DNA from: Candidatus Marinacidobacterales bacterium
Lineage (GTDB): Bacteria; Acidobacteriota; Vicinamibacteria; Marinacidobacterales; DATDRI01
Length of the DNA stretch: 64,000 nucleotides
Assembly: GCA_965226495.1 (NCBI GenBank)
Contig: OZ245365.1
Location: forward strand, 3,168,001 to 3,232,000
Direction of reading: 5' to 3'
Every line of letters starts with the position of its first letter. Position 1 is the first letter of the stretch. Made by a program: the position numbers and the translations under genes. Under the pieces are notes generated by a model. That model had not been told where the DNA came from. It was given only the letters and a program-made list of their open reading frames with translations, and did not search any database. Positions 10,401 to 20,861 of this stretch are shown in pieces.

Positions 10401-10760
10401 TCACTTCGGAGTGATATGCCGGATTCCGTAGGCAAAAGGCTTCTCTTCCTCAGCAAAGGCCTCGAAACATTGGAGAAAATCCCCCACCGTCATTCGCCGT
10501 TGATGTTCTTGGATCCAACAAATCATCCCGCGAAAAGGGCGGCCCTCTTGGAGATAACGAACGCCGATTACTCGCGCCGGCTCGTCACTGGAGACAAAGA
10601 CTCGACCTGCCTTCTCTGCGTACTCGAATAGCGTCGTGTCGTCCGTCCCCTGTGGAAAAACATCGACCGCGCGCTGGACGTCCCACCCTCGTCGGATGAG
10701 CCCCTTAATGATGGCACCAGGGATGTTTTCGTCTGAGAAGAGAGGGAAACGCGAAGCCAC
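10401..10760 (-). CDS. DUF5615-family PIN-like toxin (VapC45-like)
   Basis: FSDENIP, GTDDTTL, RVFVSSD acidic PIN motifs; overlaps the stop of the upstream antitoxin. Confidence 0.8.
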   Translation of the reverse strand: MASRFPLFSDENIPGAIIKGLIRRGWDVQRAVDVFPQGTDDTTLFEYAEKAGRVFVSSDEPARVIGVRYLQEGRPFRGMICWIQEHQRRMTVGDFLQCFEAFAEEEKPFAYGIRHITPK

Positions 10761-11071
10761 TACCGAGTCGAGCGCCTACGCAAGTACTCCAGTCGCTCAC
10801 GGTCGTTGCTCGCGGCCCACTTTTGGCTTTCCGTGAAGCAGGCTTCGATTTCGGCTCGATGATCGTGGTAGTAGACAAGAGCGGCGTAAACTTGAATCAG
10901 GTCTAGCTGAGGGTACTCCTCCAGCATCTTCTCGGGTGCGTAACCCGCCTCGTGAAGACTGGCGATATCCATCACGCGGATCCGCGTCCCCTGGATACAC
11001 GCCCGCCCAGCCATCACCTTCGGGTTCTTGGTGATATGGGGGTAGACGCTCTTCTCTACTGCGGTGACCAT
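10760..11071 (-). CDS. DUF433-family antitoxin (VapB45-like)
   Basis: ITKNPKVMAGRACIQGTRIRV...YPQL...VYAALVYY. Confidence 0.9.
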   Translation of the reverse strand: MVTAVEKSVYPHITKNPKVMAGRACIQGTRIRVMDIASLHEAGYAPEKMLEEYPQLDLIQVYAALVYYHDHRAEIEACFTESQKWAASNDRERLEYLRRRSTR

Positions 11072-11189
11072 AGCGTGTTCATTATACCTGACTTACACGC
11101 AGGCTCCCACTCCAGGCCCCCCTCCGAAGGCTCGGTGGGTGGGGGACGGCCTTGCCGCTCTGGGTGGTGGCGGACGACGAAGGAGTGCT

Positions 11190-12345
11190 CTCCCCGCGAC
11201 CCCGAATGCACCACCCGTCGTCGATGCTGGAGCAGACCAAGTGGTGACGATTCTCGGGAATCTTTTGCGAGCGCTCGGACAGGATGGCGACGTCAACGAG
11301 ACGTTCGAGATCGCTTTCTTCGAGGATCTGAACGACAACGGCACCTTCGAGCCTGGAGTCGATAACCTCCTGGGCTCAGAATCGCAGGCCGGGCTTGCTG
11401 CGGGCGGAACGGTACTGGTCACCGCCGAAGTGTCCGGAATGCTCACGTTCGTGGGCAACCTGCTTCATACGTTCGTCGACAGCGGCTTCATCGTCACCGA
11501 AACGAGGGAGGACAATAACGCGATGAGCTCCGCGCCGGCGTGTGATTTCCGGCCGCCGGTGGCTCCTTTCGCGCCGGTTCTGAAGTGGTCGTGGACGGGC
11601 TCCTCGATCCTCCCCAACGCCCGGCAGGTCATCATGACCCCCTCGGTCGCCGATCTCGATATGGACGGCGTCCCCGAAGTTATCTTCACTACGTACCAGA
11701 AGTCGGCCGTCGCACAAAGCTTCCTCCGCGTCGTGAGCGGTCAGGACGGGACCGAGCTCTTCACCGTGGACAACCCGGACTTCCGCGTCCATCGCGGCTC
11801 GCCTGTGGCGGTGGGAGACATCGATCGAGACGGCCGTGTGGAGATCGTGGCCGTCGCGGAGAGTCAGAATCGGTTGATCGCGTTCGAGCACGATGGAACC
11901 GTCAAGTGGTTGAGCTCCAACGTGGAGGGTACCGGAGACGGTGGCCCTGCCCTCGCCGACCTAGACGGGGACGGCGCGCCCGAGATCATCTTGGGCCGGC
12001 AAGTACTGAACAACGACGGCAGTGTCCGCTGGACCGGCACCGGCGGTCGGGGTGGCCGTCTCGGAAACCCGCTCGCCGGGGTGGCGGATCTAGACATGGA
12101 CGGAATCCCCGAGATCGTGGCCGGTAGGACCGCCTACCGGGCCAATGGCGACATTTACTAGGATCACCCGGAGCTGAGCGATGGCTGGATCGCGGTGGCG
12201 GACTTCGACGACGATCCGTTCCCAGAAGTCGTCCTGGTGGCGAACGGAAACGTTTTTCTCTTCGAGCACACCGGGGAGATCCAGTGGGGGCCGGTGCCTC
12301 TCGATCCCGGAGCCACCGGAGGCCCGCCTTTGGTGGCGGATCTGG
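11190..12345 (+). pseudogene. Internal fragment of a large secreted FG-GAP/VCBS-repeat protein
   Basis: PKD-like NAPPVVDAGADQ and repeated ADLDxDGxPE motifs; TAG at 12159-12161 in an otherwise continuing frame; cut at 12346 by an IS91 remnant. Confidence 0.75.
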
Positions 12346-12933
12346 AAGCCTCGCCAACACGGCGTCCACTACATGGGCGCCTACTCCTCGAGAGCGCGCG
12401 CCTTTCGAAAAAGGAAAAACCGCCCCCTGCAATCGCTCACCGGACAACAAAACCCCAAAGCCGACTCTGAGCCGAAGCTGTCCTCCAAAAAAGCGCGCCG
12501 CGCTCAGAAAAAGATGGGCACAGCTCATCAAGCTCATCAGGCGCGTTCATCAGACCGACCCTCTCCGGTGCGACTGCGGGGGTACCTATCGCGTCATCGC
12601 CTTCATTACCGAGCACAAGGTGATTCGGAAAATTTTGGCTCATCTCGAAATAAGAAAAAGCGACTCGCGCTCGCCACCCGAGCCCTAGCCACTGACTTCC
12701 GAAAAACCCACTTGTCCGAATACCCCGACACGAGAACGCCCGGAGTGTCTCTTCACTTCCATCCCCCCGGCGGGAGACACCTCTCAACCGCCTTGCCCTG
12801 ATTGCTCGAGCTCTGCTACCCTCACCAGGACTCACTCGGACGGCACAGCCCCTTCCCAGCGGGGAAATTTCGAGCGGACCGGGGACGGACACGTATGAAA
12901 TTTCCTATCCTTCGTATGAAATTTCCTATCCTT
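12346..12933 (+). mobile_element. IS91/ISCR-family 3' remnant, copy B, with duplicated end
   Basis: KPRQHGVHYMGAYSSRAR...RWAQLIK..DPLRCDCGG..VIRKILAHL..RSPP; 21-bp end CGTATGAAATTTCCTATCCTT tandemly duplicated (12892-12933). Confidence 0.85.
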
Positions 12934-12968
12934 AAAAGAACCACAAGAACAACAAAGTGGGGGGTTCT

Positions 12969-14375
12969 ATGATCAATCAGAACGCAGATCTGCAGGCCGA
13001 CCTTGGGCCAGTAAGCGAGCTGGAGCGCATCTCGTCAATCGACACAATTCGCGGCGTAGCGCTTTTCGGCATCCTTTTAATTAATATTGTCGGCTTCGGG
13101 TTGCCCAGTGCCTATTCGAACCCAACGAATTACGGCGGCGCCGAGGGCCTCAATCTCGCCGTGTGGGCGACGAACAATCTGTTTTTCGAAGGGACCATGC
13201 GGGGCCTGTTTTCCATGCTGTTCGGCGCGGGGATTGTACTGATGACAGGTCGCGCTGAAGCGCGCGGTGGTGGTCTAGAGGTTGCGGACATCTATTACCG
13301 GCGCACGCTCTGGCTGTTCGCATTCGGCGTCATCCATGGCTGGTTAATCCTCTGGGTCGGCGACATACTTTACGGGTACGGCATCGCCGGGCTGTTCCTG
13401 TTCGCGTTTCGCAAGGTTAATCCGCGGACGCTGATTATTCTCGGTGTTCTGGTACTCGCATCGGTCGTTCCGAAATACATCTATGAGTATTCGCAAACGC
13501 AGACCGCCATGGCCGACGCGCAGGCGGCGCAACTCGTCCTCGACGAAGGTGGGGAATCCGCGGACGCTGATTATTCTCGGTGTTCTGGTACTCGCATCGG
13601 TCGTTCCGAAATACATCTCGTCCTCGACGAAGGTGGGGAACGGCAGCAGGAGGCAGGATCGACGGATGGCAGGAGATTCTGGAGGACCACAATCCACCTG
13701 CCAAAAAGATCCAGGAACGTATCGACGGCATGCACGGCAATTACTTCGAAATCATTGCATCGTATGCGAGCTTCTTAGTCTGGATGCAGTCGACTGCCTT
13801 CTATTTGTATTCCTTCTGGGACACCGTCGGCATGATGCTGATCGGCATGGGGCTACTCAAGCTCGGCGTTCTTAGCGGTGGGCGCAGCGGCCGCTTTTAC
13901 CTGACTATGATGATTGTCGGCTATGCGATCGGAATCTCGGTCAATGTCTATGAAACCAGGCTGCTCATCGACAACAATTTCGATGTAATCGCATTTGCTA
14001 AAACGCATCTTACTTACAGCGCCATGCGACCCACGGCAGCCAGTCGACTCGTCAACCAGTTCAACCAGCGCATTTGGCACATTAGTGTCAACAGACCGAT
14101 ATGGCCTAACGTCATGGGTACGCGCCCGAGAGCGTACCAACTACATCTCACATTCGATGGTGTGCGCAATCATATTCACAGGCATTGGATTTTCGATGTA
14201 TGGCGAACTCCAACGCTACCAGTTGTATTACGTCGTCGGCGCAATCTGGCTGGCACAATTGATTATCAGCCCGATCTGGTTGAAACACTTTCGTTTTGGC
14301 CCGCTGGAATGGTTATGGCGGTCATTGACGTACAAGCAGCGCCAACCGATGCGAAGGGAGACGGTCACAGATTAG
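12969..14375 (+). pseudogene. DUF418 (YeiB-like) membrane protein, disrupted by an internal duplication and an inversion
   Basis: RISSIDTIRGVALFGIL, FSMLFGAG, GDILYGYG, GPLEWLWRSLTY in different frames; the GRMAL segment is on the opposite strand. Confidence 0.85.
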
Positions 14376-14584
14376 GCGGCCGTGAGCAGGCGTACGGCAG
14401 CATAATTGTTGGCGCTCGATCGACATTTTCCCGCTCGAGAATCGCCATCAATGCGGGGAACGAAGCAGGATCGAAAGAAGGATACGACAGCCAGGCAGAC
14501 ATGATAAATGGCACATCATCGAAGTCGAAATTTCGCAGTACCTCCAGGGCTTCTTCTTCCTCACTCGGCATTTTCAATATCAGC

Positions 14585-14935
14585 CAGTGGCGGGCAAATG
14601 AAGCTCGCTGCCCTCATCACCACCGCACAGCAGAACATCATCGACAAAATCCTGGACCATCTCGGCGAGGACTACTCGCTACCCAAGAGCAGAGGTCCAC
14701 CCAAGTGGTGGCAATACATAGGCCGCCGAACTTCTCGACCAAAACCCCCAGCTCGACGACGACGGTGACGGTGACGGGTACGAAACCGATGTTTCGTGGG
14801 ATTAGAATAACCCCGCTTCACCCAAGCTCTGTGCAGCTGCGTCCGGAGTGGGTCATGTTGCGGCACAGAAAGCTCATCACTACAATCCGCCCTCTTTGGG
14901 GGGGAGCAAACCCGGAAAAGCCACTCAGCTAGCCT
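14585..14935 (+). mobile_element. Diverged IS91-family 3' remnant
   Basis: GGQMKLAALIT..IIDKILDHL..RGPP is the typical IS91-family C-terminal pattern; end position uncertain. Confidence 0.55.
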
Positions 14936-15140
14936 CGCAAGACGCATTCTGAGCCCGAGAAACCGGCTCCTCGAAATGAGAAATTCCGTTCTTGTCTGCA
15001 TAGAGACGAGCATAGCTAAAGGTTCCGCTCTTACTCTGGGTCCCGGTAAGTTCGTTCACTCCCAGCACGATCAATAGAAGAACAGCTCCGACGACGGGCC
15101 ATCGGCGACGCCAAAGGTCTCTGAACATTTCGATCTCCAA
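14925..15140 (-). pseudogene. Truncated secreted protein, possibly cupin-like; putative gene-cassette ORF
   Basis: RBS AAGGA, signal-like N-terminus, YARLYADKNGISHFEE, then abrupt end; begins right after the attC-like site. Confidence 0.45.
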
Positions 15141-15162
15141 TTTTCCTTACTCCATACGAACT

Positions 15163-15246
15163 GGATAGCGTTGTGAATAAGCTGCGAAGGCCACGCTACG
15201 CCCTTCTGCGGACGTGGACCTCGTCAGCTTCATCCGCTTGTTCGCC
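15163..15246 (-). other. Degenerate integron attC site
   Basis: R'' GGCGAAC, L'' GATGAAGC, paired core, L' GCTTATT, R' GCTATCC (GTT mutated to GCT). Confidence 0.65.
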
Positions 15247-15249
15247 GGC

Positions 15250-16577
15250 TGTGGCTCGTCATTATTAATCCGGACGGACCCGTAGCCACGCGTCATTGTC
15301 GGACGCGGAGGCAGCGATGCGATCCGCGCGCACGGAAGCATGTTTGGCCATGGCGAGGACGTCTGTCGGTGACGAGTTCACGTGGTTCGAGAACAGGCCT
15401 TAACCGCCACGGCTCACCTAGGCCCACTCAAGCTTTCTGCTCAAGCAGCCTCGCGCCATTCGTAACGGTGGTGCCGTCCACCGACTCTCGGCAGTGCAAC
15501 GACTCTCGCCGTTGAGGATGGCCGAGGTGTGGCAGCTCTCTCGTTCGGCGTATCCTTGTGGAGCCCCAAGTGGCAGCGGTCCTCATGATAGTAGCTGATG
15601 TAAGATCGCACGAGGCGAATGAAATGACGCTCGCTAAGCACGACTACGTGCTCGAGGAGCTCTCGACGACAGCTGCCGACCCAGCGCTCGGCTGTCCCGT
15701 TCTGCCAAGGACTGCGGTAGGAGATCCGAACAGGCTTTGTGCCCATCGCTTTGATGAACTCGACCACGGCGGGGCTGAAGATCGAGTCGCGGTCAAAGAT
15801 GAGGTATCTCGGCGCTGTGTCGTAGGGAAACGCCTCGCGTAGTTGCTGTATCACCCACGCCGCCGTCGGGTGGAACGTGGCGTTGAAGTGAACAATGTGT
15901 CGACGGCCGTGCTCGATGACGAAGAAGCCGTAGAGGAGTCGGAGCGAAGCCCTTGGCACGGTGAACAAATCCATCCCAGCGATCTCGTCCTTGTGGTTCC
16001 GCAAGAACGCGACCCAACGCTTGACTTGATCGGGCTCCGCTGGAAGCCGCGGCATGTATCGTGACGCCGTCTTCTCCGAGATGATGAAGCCGAGCTTCAT
16101 GAGCTCGGCGTGGATACGAGGTGCGCCCCAGCCGTCTTGTGACATCGTGGGGATGAGTCGGCGAATCTCGGCGTCAATCCGAGGTCGCCCTGGATAGCGT
16201 CGGCGCGAGATCCGAGTCCAGTATCGTCGGAATCGCTCCCGATTCCACTGCGCGACGGTGTCGGCGTTGACGATGACCAAGCGGCTCGCCCACGCTGGCC
16301 ACGAGCTTCGGAGCGCAACCCAGAATGCGCGGTCAGTGTCGTCGAGCGGTGGCCTGGGCCGCTCCTTCTTGAGCGCGGTCACCTGCTGCCGCAGGGCCAA
16401 GTTTTCAATCACGAGGTCGGTTCGGTGCCGACACATTGCCCGCAACGCACGGCCGCCTAGAGAGACGAGAAAGATAAGAATGCGGAGCATGGCGGCGGAG
16501 TTTCGCCTTCTTCGGCCCGGATTTCAAACGCGGGTAAGTGCTTGATTTCATGCGCTGACGAATATTGACGAACGACA
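15250..16577 (-). mobile_element. IS481-like insertion sequence (1328 bp)
   Basis: Imperfect terminal inverted repeats TGTGGCTCGTCATTATT / TGTCGTTCGTCAATATT around one rve transposase; no exact target duplication. Confidence 0.75.
15441..16490 (-). CDS. Integrase core domain (rve) transposase
   Basis: ENLALRQQ, WGAPRIHAEL, MDLFTV, LIFDRDSIF, SPWQNGTAERWVGS, GGRHHRY. Confidence 0.92.
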   Translation of the reverse strand: MLRILIFLVSLGGRALRAMCRHRTDLVIENLALRQQVTALKKERPRPPLDDTDRAFWVALRSSWPAWASRLVIVNADTVAQWNRERFRRYWTRISRRRYPGRPRIDAEIRRLIPTMSQDGWGAPRIHAELMKLGFIISEKTASRYMPRLPAEPDQVKRWVAFLRNHKDEIAGMDLFTVPRASLRLLYGFFVIEHGRRHIVHFNATFHPTAAWVIQQLREAFPYDTAPRYLIFDRDSIFSPAVVEFIKAMGTKPVRISYRSPWQNGTAERWVGSCRRELLEHVVVLSERHFIRLVRSYISYYHEDRCHLGLHKDTPNERAATPRPSSTARVVALPRVGGRHHRYEWREAA

Positions 16578-16693
16578 ACTGGTCGTTTATATCGTGCCCT
16601 TCTTCTCGTCTATGAAACCCTCCTTTTTGAAACGGCAGCTGCAGCTACGTTCGCAGGGTCTCATCACCCGCGATGTCCGGGGTTATCGATGTG

Positions 16694-18229
16694 TTAATCA
16701 ACCAGCACCGGATCGCCCGGCATCCAGGTCCTGTCGAACCATGGCTTGAGCGGACCATAGATGCGAAGGATGGTGTTCCATCCCTTGCCCGGGACGGTTT
16801 GGATCCAGTTGTTCTCCTGACCTTCGGGAGCCTTGGGTCCGAAGTAGATGTCGTAGGAGCCATCCGCATTCTGCTTTATGCCCTCCTTTTTGCTGTCGAT
16901 GCCCGGAAACCGCTGGTCGGTCTGCAGCATGCTGCGGGTCTGATTGTCGTAGATGGTTAAGGCCCAGAAGTCTTTCACCGGGACGTCCTTAGGCACGTTG
17001 ATCTTGTAGGTCTTGCTGCCATCGAAAGCATTGCCGTCCTTGTCGAGGTAGGCGATGGCATACTGCGATCCCTTACCAATAAGCTTCAAAGCCATGGCGG
17101 GGGTGATTCCAGTGGCGTAGAAGTGAAAGTAGACGCGCGAATCCAGGAGTCGCTCGCCATCCAGCAGGAAATCGTAACGTTTCTCCACGAAGGGATTGGT
17201 CCAGATCCGCTTGCCGGGATAGAGGTAGTGCCGCTGATCCCTCGGGCGGGCCGTCAAGGCCCGAGCGGTCACCGACCCGATCGCGGCCGCGTTGGTGAGG
17301 ATCTTCTTCATCCGTGCGTCGGGCTTGAATTCCTGGCCCTTCTTGATGCCGATCGAGGCGAGCAGACCGCGGGTATCCACGTCGAGCCCTTCAAGAGGCT
17401 CAGCTTGAATGGTCGCGTTGAGTTCCTCCCAATATCCGTAGTCCATGCGGTGGATCGTGTTGCTGAACTTGCCCGAGATGTTGACGAAGGTCATCGCTGG
17501 CGGATTGTCCTTCTTCGAGAGCGGATAGATCTTGAAACTTTTCTTGGTTGCATCAACCGCCGGTTTTGTCGAACCGTCCATCTGGAAACCGCGCCAGACC
17601 ACCCAGTTGCCGTAGGTGCTGGTCTTCGCAACGTGATAGCCATCAGGCACATCGCCATCATAGCCGGGAGGCAGGATCAGGAACTTGCCGCCCTTGCCCT
17701 TGTCCGGACCGAGTCTGCCAAAATCGATCACATACTTGAACCATGCATCATCGATAAAGCCGAGGACATCGGGGGGCGTTTCAATCACCATTGGCTCGTC
17801 ACCGAGCTCCAGCCAGGTGAAATTGTAGATATTGGTTGTGTTCCCAGTCAGCCAGAGCGCCTTGGAGTCCAACAACTCTTCGGTAAAAGTGACCGTGGTG
17901 TTGGCGGGACCGAACTCCAGAATCCCCTTCTTCATCGCATACATCGAAGCGATCGGCATACCGTTCAGGAACGCCTCCGTGGCACGATTCAGATCGATGT
18001 TATCGTAAACCTTCTGAGTCGTTTCCGCGTCAGGCACACCATCGACGGAGATCAGGGTTCCAAGGGAAGTCTCCAGTTTGTCCGGGGTCGCGACCCCGGG
18101 TGGAACCTCCGTAGTCATCTTCATCCTGGGCGCAATCTCCGTTGTCATCTCCATCTTGGGCGGCTCTCCCGCGCAACCCGCACATGCTGCCATCAACGCA
18201 ACCATGACGACTCTCATCATATTTTTCAT
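16694..18229 (-). CDS. DUF1254/DUF1214 domain lipoprotein
   Basis: Lipobox-like AACAGC; GPDKGKGGKFLILPPGY, FWALTIYD, DIYFGP, NWIQT. Confidence 0.9.
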   Translation of the reverse strand: MKNMMRVVMVALMAACAGCAGEPPKMEMTTEIAPRMKMTTEVPPGVATPDKLETSLGTLISVDGVPDAETTQKVYDNIDLNRATEAFLNGMPIASMYAMKKGILEFGPANTTVTFTEELLDSKALWLTGNTTNIYNFTWLELGDEPMVIETPPDVLGFIDDAWFKYVIDFGRLGPDKGKGGKFLILPPGYDGDVPDGYHVAKTSTYGNWVVWRGFQMDGSTKPAVDATKKSFKIYPLSKKDNPPAMTFVNISGKFSNTIHRMDYGYWEELNATIQAEPLEGLDVDTRGLLASIGIKKGQEFKPDARMKKILTNAAAIGSVTARALTARPRDQRHYLYPGKRIWTNPFVEKRYDFLLDGERLLDSRVYFHFYATGITPAMALKLIGKGSQYAIAYLDKDGNAFDGSKTYKINVPKDVPVKDFWALTIYDNQTRSMLQTDQRFPGIDSKKEGIKQNADGSYDIYFGPKAPEGQENNWIQTVPGKGWNTILRIYGPLKPWFDRTWMPGDPVLVD

Positions 18230-18307
18230 CTCGCATCCCCTTGCTTTCTCACACCGGCCATTTCTTTCTGACGCTTGTCTCCTGCGCCTGGCTCCATTTC
18301 CCTGGTT

Positions 18308-19744
18308 CTACTTCACCAACTCAATGTCGTTGAGCTCGAAACTGTTACCGAACAATGCCGGCTCGGGGCCGTAGAAGCGGGCGAGCAGGAAGAAGCGCCG
18401 TTTCGGGTCGGTGGGAAGCCAGTTGCTTTCCTTACCCTCGGGCGCCTTCGGTCCAAAGTAGATATCCACCGAACCGTCATCGTTCTTCTGTAGTTGCTTT
18501 TGAGTGTTATCGACGCTGCTCTTCTCGACGTTGCGAATGTAGGAAGCCGTTTCCAGATCGTAAGTCGTGATAGCCCAGAAGTTGCGGACGGGCACGTTGG
18601 GCGGCATCACCAGTTTGTAGCTCTTGCCTCCATCCAGCCACTGACCATCCGGAGTCTCCGCAAGATCCATGTAAAAGGTGGCGATGCCGTAGGTCTTTAC
18701 GCCGGTGATGATGGCGTAGTACAGAGCGCCGCGCGCGTGGTAATCGTAGTAGGATGGGAACTCGTAAGTCCAATCCGTCTGGATGTCTCCCGCAGGAGTC
18801 AGGGAGCTCCACTTTTTACCTTCGTACCGCCACGGATTCAGAAAGCGGTGATACTGCTCAAGCATGTACTGCAGTGCTTCCGGCCCGGCCTGGTCAAAGA
18901 TGGCCTGCGTTTTGGCATCAGGCTCGTACGGCTCGCCCTTGCGCATGCCGATGCGCGCAAGGAGCCCCATCATGGCAAGGTTCTGGTCTTCAACAGGTTC
19001 CTCTTCGAGCATCTCGTGAATCTCTCTGTAGATGCTCCCGTCGAGAACCGGTGTCATCTCGAGCAACACGTCGTAGAGGTCGACAAACTTCATCTTCGGC
19101 GGGTTATCGGCCTTCGCCAGCGGGTAGATTTTTATCTGCTTCACAAACTCCGCCGCCTTGGCTAGATTCTCCGGAGTAGCACCCTTGATGATAGGGCGAA
19201 GGGCCATCCAGCCGTTATTGGTTCGCTGCTCGTACACGAGTGCCTTTGGCAGAAGCGGACCATTGTAGCCGGGAGGGATCAACAGGTATGTCGCTCCTCC
19301 GCCCTTGTCGCGGCCGAGGGCACCAATGTCATCGATGGCACGCTGCCAGGCATCCATCAGCGTCCCGAAGATGCCCACATCCTGGGTAGAAGGAGGGAGC
19401 TCGACCACGATCGGGCCGTCCTCCATGTTCCAGTAGGTCAAGATGTACGGCGTCGTATTGTTGGGAGTTGCTGTCTGGAATTTCCAGTCCTGGAGCTTGG
19501 AGAAGTAGCCGACATCGTTCGGGCCGACCCCCGCGTCAGCAAGGGCGTCCCGGTAGAACTTGAAATTCATGAGCGGCATAGCCCACACAGCTGCATCGAT
19601 AGCGCGGTGGTAGAGCATGCGGTCATGCACGTCGGCCTTCTGCAGATCAAATTCTTCGGCATTCGCCTGTACGGTTGTCAACATCCCGACCGCCATCACC
19701 GCGGCCACCAGCACTGCTGTCATTATCATCTTCATCATTTTCAT
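18308..19744 (-). CDS. DUF1254/DUF1214 domain secreted protein
   Basis: Signal peptide; TPNNTTPY, DAWQR, FWAITTYD, DIYFGP, NWLPT, RFYGP. Confidence 0.9.
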   Translation of the reverse strand: MKMMKMIMTAVLVAAVMAVGMLTTVQANAEEFDLQKADVHDRMLYHRAIDAAVWAMPLMNFKFYRDALADAGVGPNDVGYFSKLQDWKFQTATPNNTTPYILTYWNMEDGPIVVELPPSTQDVGIFGTLMDAWQRAIDDIGALGRDKGGGATYLLIPPGYNGPLLPKALVYEQRTNNGWMALRPIIKGATPENLAKAAEFVKQIKIYPLAKADNPPKMKFVDLYDVLLEMTPVLDGSIYREIHEMLEEEPVEDQNLAMMGLLARIGMRKGEPYEPDAKTQAIFDQAGPEALQYMLEQYHRFLNPWRYEGKKWSSLTPAGDIQTDWTYEFPSYYDYHARGALYYAIITGVKTYGIATFYMDLAETPDGQWLDGGKSYKLVMPPNVPVRNFWAITTYDLETASYIRNVEKSSVDNTQKQLQKNDDGSVDIYFGPKAPEGKESNWLPTDPKRRFFLLARFYGPEPALFGNSFELNDIELVK

Positions 19745-20092
19745 CTCCCGCCCTCCTGCTTCTTTTTGACCCGTACAGTTAAGGATAAAGGATAGGACAT
19801 TGTATCCTGTGGCGCGGGGAAGCGGGAGCCGAATTCACCCGGATGTGGTGAACCAAAGCCCGCGAATAAGCGCAAGCGATAGCTGGAGCCCGCGCATCAA
19901 AAGGAAAAGTACGGGTAGTGTTTTAGCGGTTTCGAGGCAAACGAGTGGCGTGCGAAGGAGTGGCGCTCAGTGAACGATGGGCTTGCCGGGCGGCGGCGGT
20001 GCTCTTTGTCGGGGGCGTTTGCGGTCTCGGTGGTCCAAGATTTTTCGAATGGCGGTGGGCTCGGTCGAATAGGTTTCATAATGCTCCCTTTT

Positions 20093-20750
20093 CTACAACC
20101 CAGGAATTATGGGAGTTTTGGTGTCGCGCGAGGTTGTTCGCGGACGGTAGTCCTTCGAAGCCTGCACCGCCTGTTGGACTCGCGGTTCGTCGAGATCGCT
20201 ACGGCGGATGCTCCATGGAACCCAGCGCGCGGCCTGCACGGCGGGCAAGATGCCGCGACCGATGAGTCGGCGCACGGTCATGGCGCAGACGCCGAGAGTG
20301 CTCGCTGCCTCGTTGAGGGTGAGCATCTCGCTTGGCTTGTCATCGGTCCGCTCCATTGCCGGGAGGTTGTGGTAGGAGCGGTACGCCCTGACACGGGCGG
20401 CGTTCCAGGTGAGCCCCCTGGCAATGCGGATGCCAACCCGGTTGAGGGTCAAGGCGATGTCCTCGTCGGAGAAGCGTCCCGCCATCTGCGCGAGGATCTC
20501 GGTGGTCTTCTCGGCGCCGACGCGGCGATGTCCCGTGGTGTTCTTCCTGACTCGGCGTGACGAGTGGATGCCACCCTTCCAGTGAATGACGGCTTCGATG
20601 GTATCACCGGCCTCGTTGACGTCGACAACGATCTCCTCGACGAGCGTGCGCACGATGCGCTTCTTGAGGCGCATGTCCGTCGACGGAGCCTTCCATACCC
20701 GCGCGAAGTCTGAGCCCAGCGTGAGCAGCTCCTTCGTATCGATGACCCGC
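20093..20750 (-). pseudogene. C-terminal remnant of a large serine recombinase with terminal HTH
   Basis: RVWKAPSTDMRLKKRIVRTLVEEIVV, IHWKGG, IALTLNR, TLNEAASTLGV; catalytic N-terminus absent. Confidence 0.75.
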
Positions 20751-20861
20751 TGGGATAAGGAAGCGCGACAGGGAACCGACTCAGGAGATACCGGATCTGG
20801 TAGCGACAGCGTCCGCTGAGCCGGTCGACTGACGATCGCTCCTGAGCGTAGGGGCGCTCAG

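Noticed and set aside
12159-12161. In-frame TAG in the FG-GAP fragment as possible pyrrolysine or readthrough
   Set aside because: Context DIY*DHP fits a TGG-to-TAG nonsense change in a gene already truncated at both ends.
13580-14932. 450-aa ORF as one gene
   Set aside because: Chimeric frame running through the DUF418 middle part, the inverted segment and an IS91 remnant.
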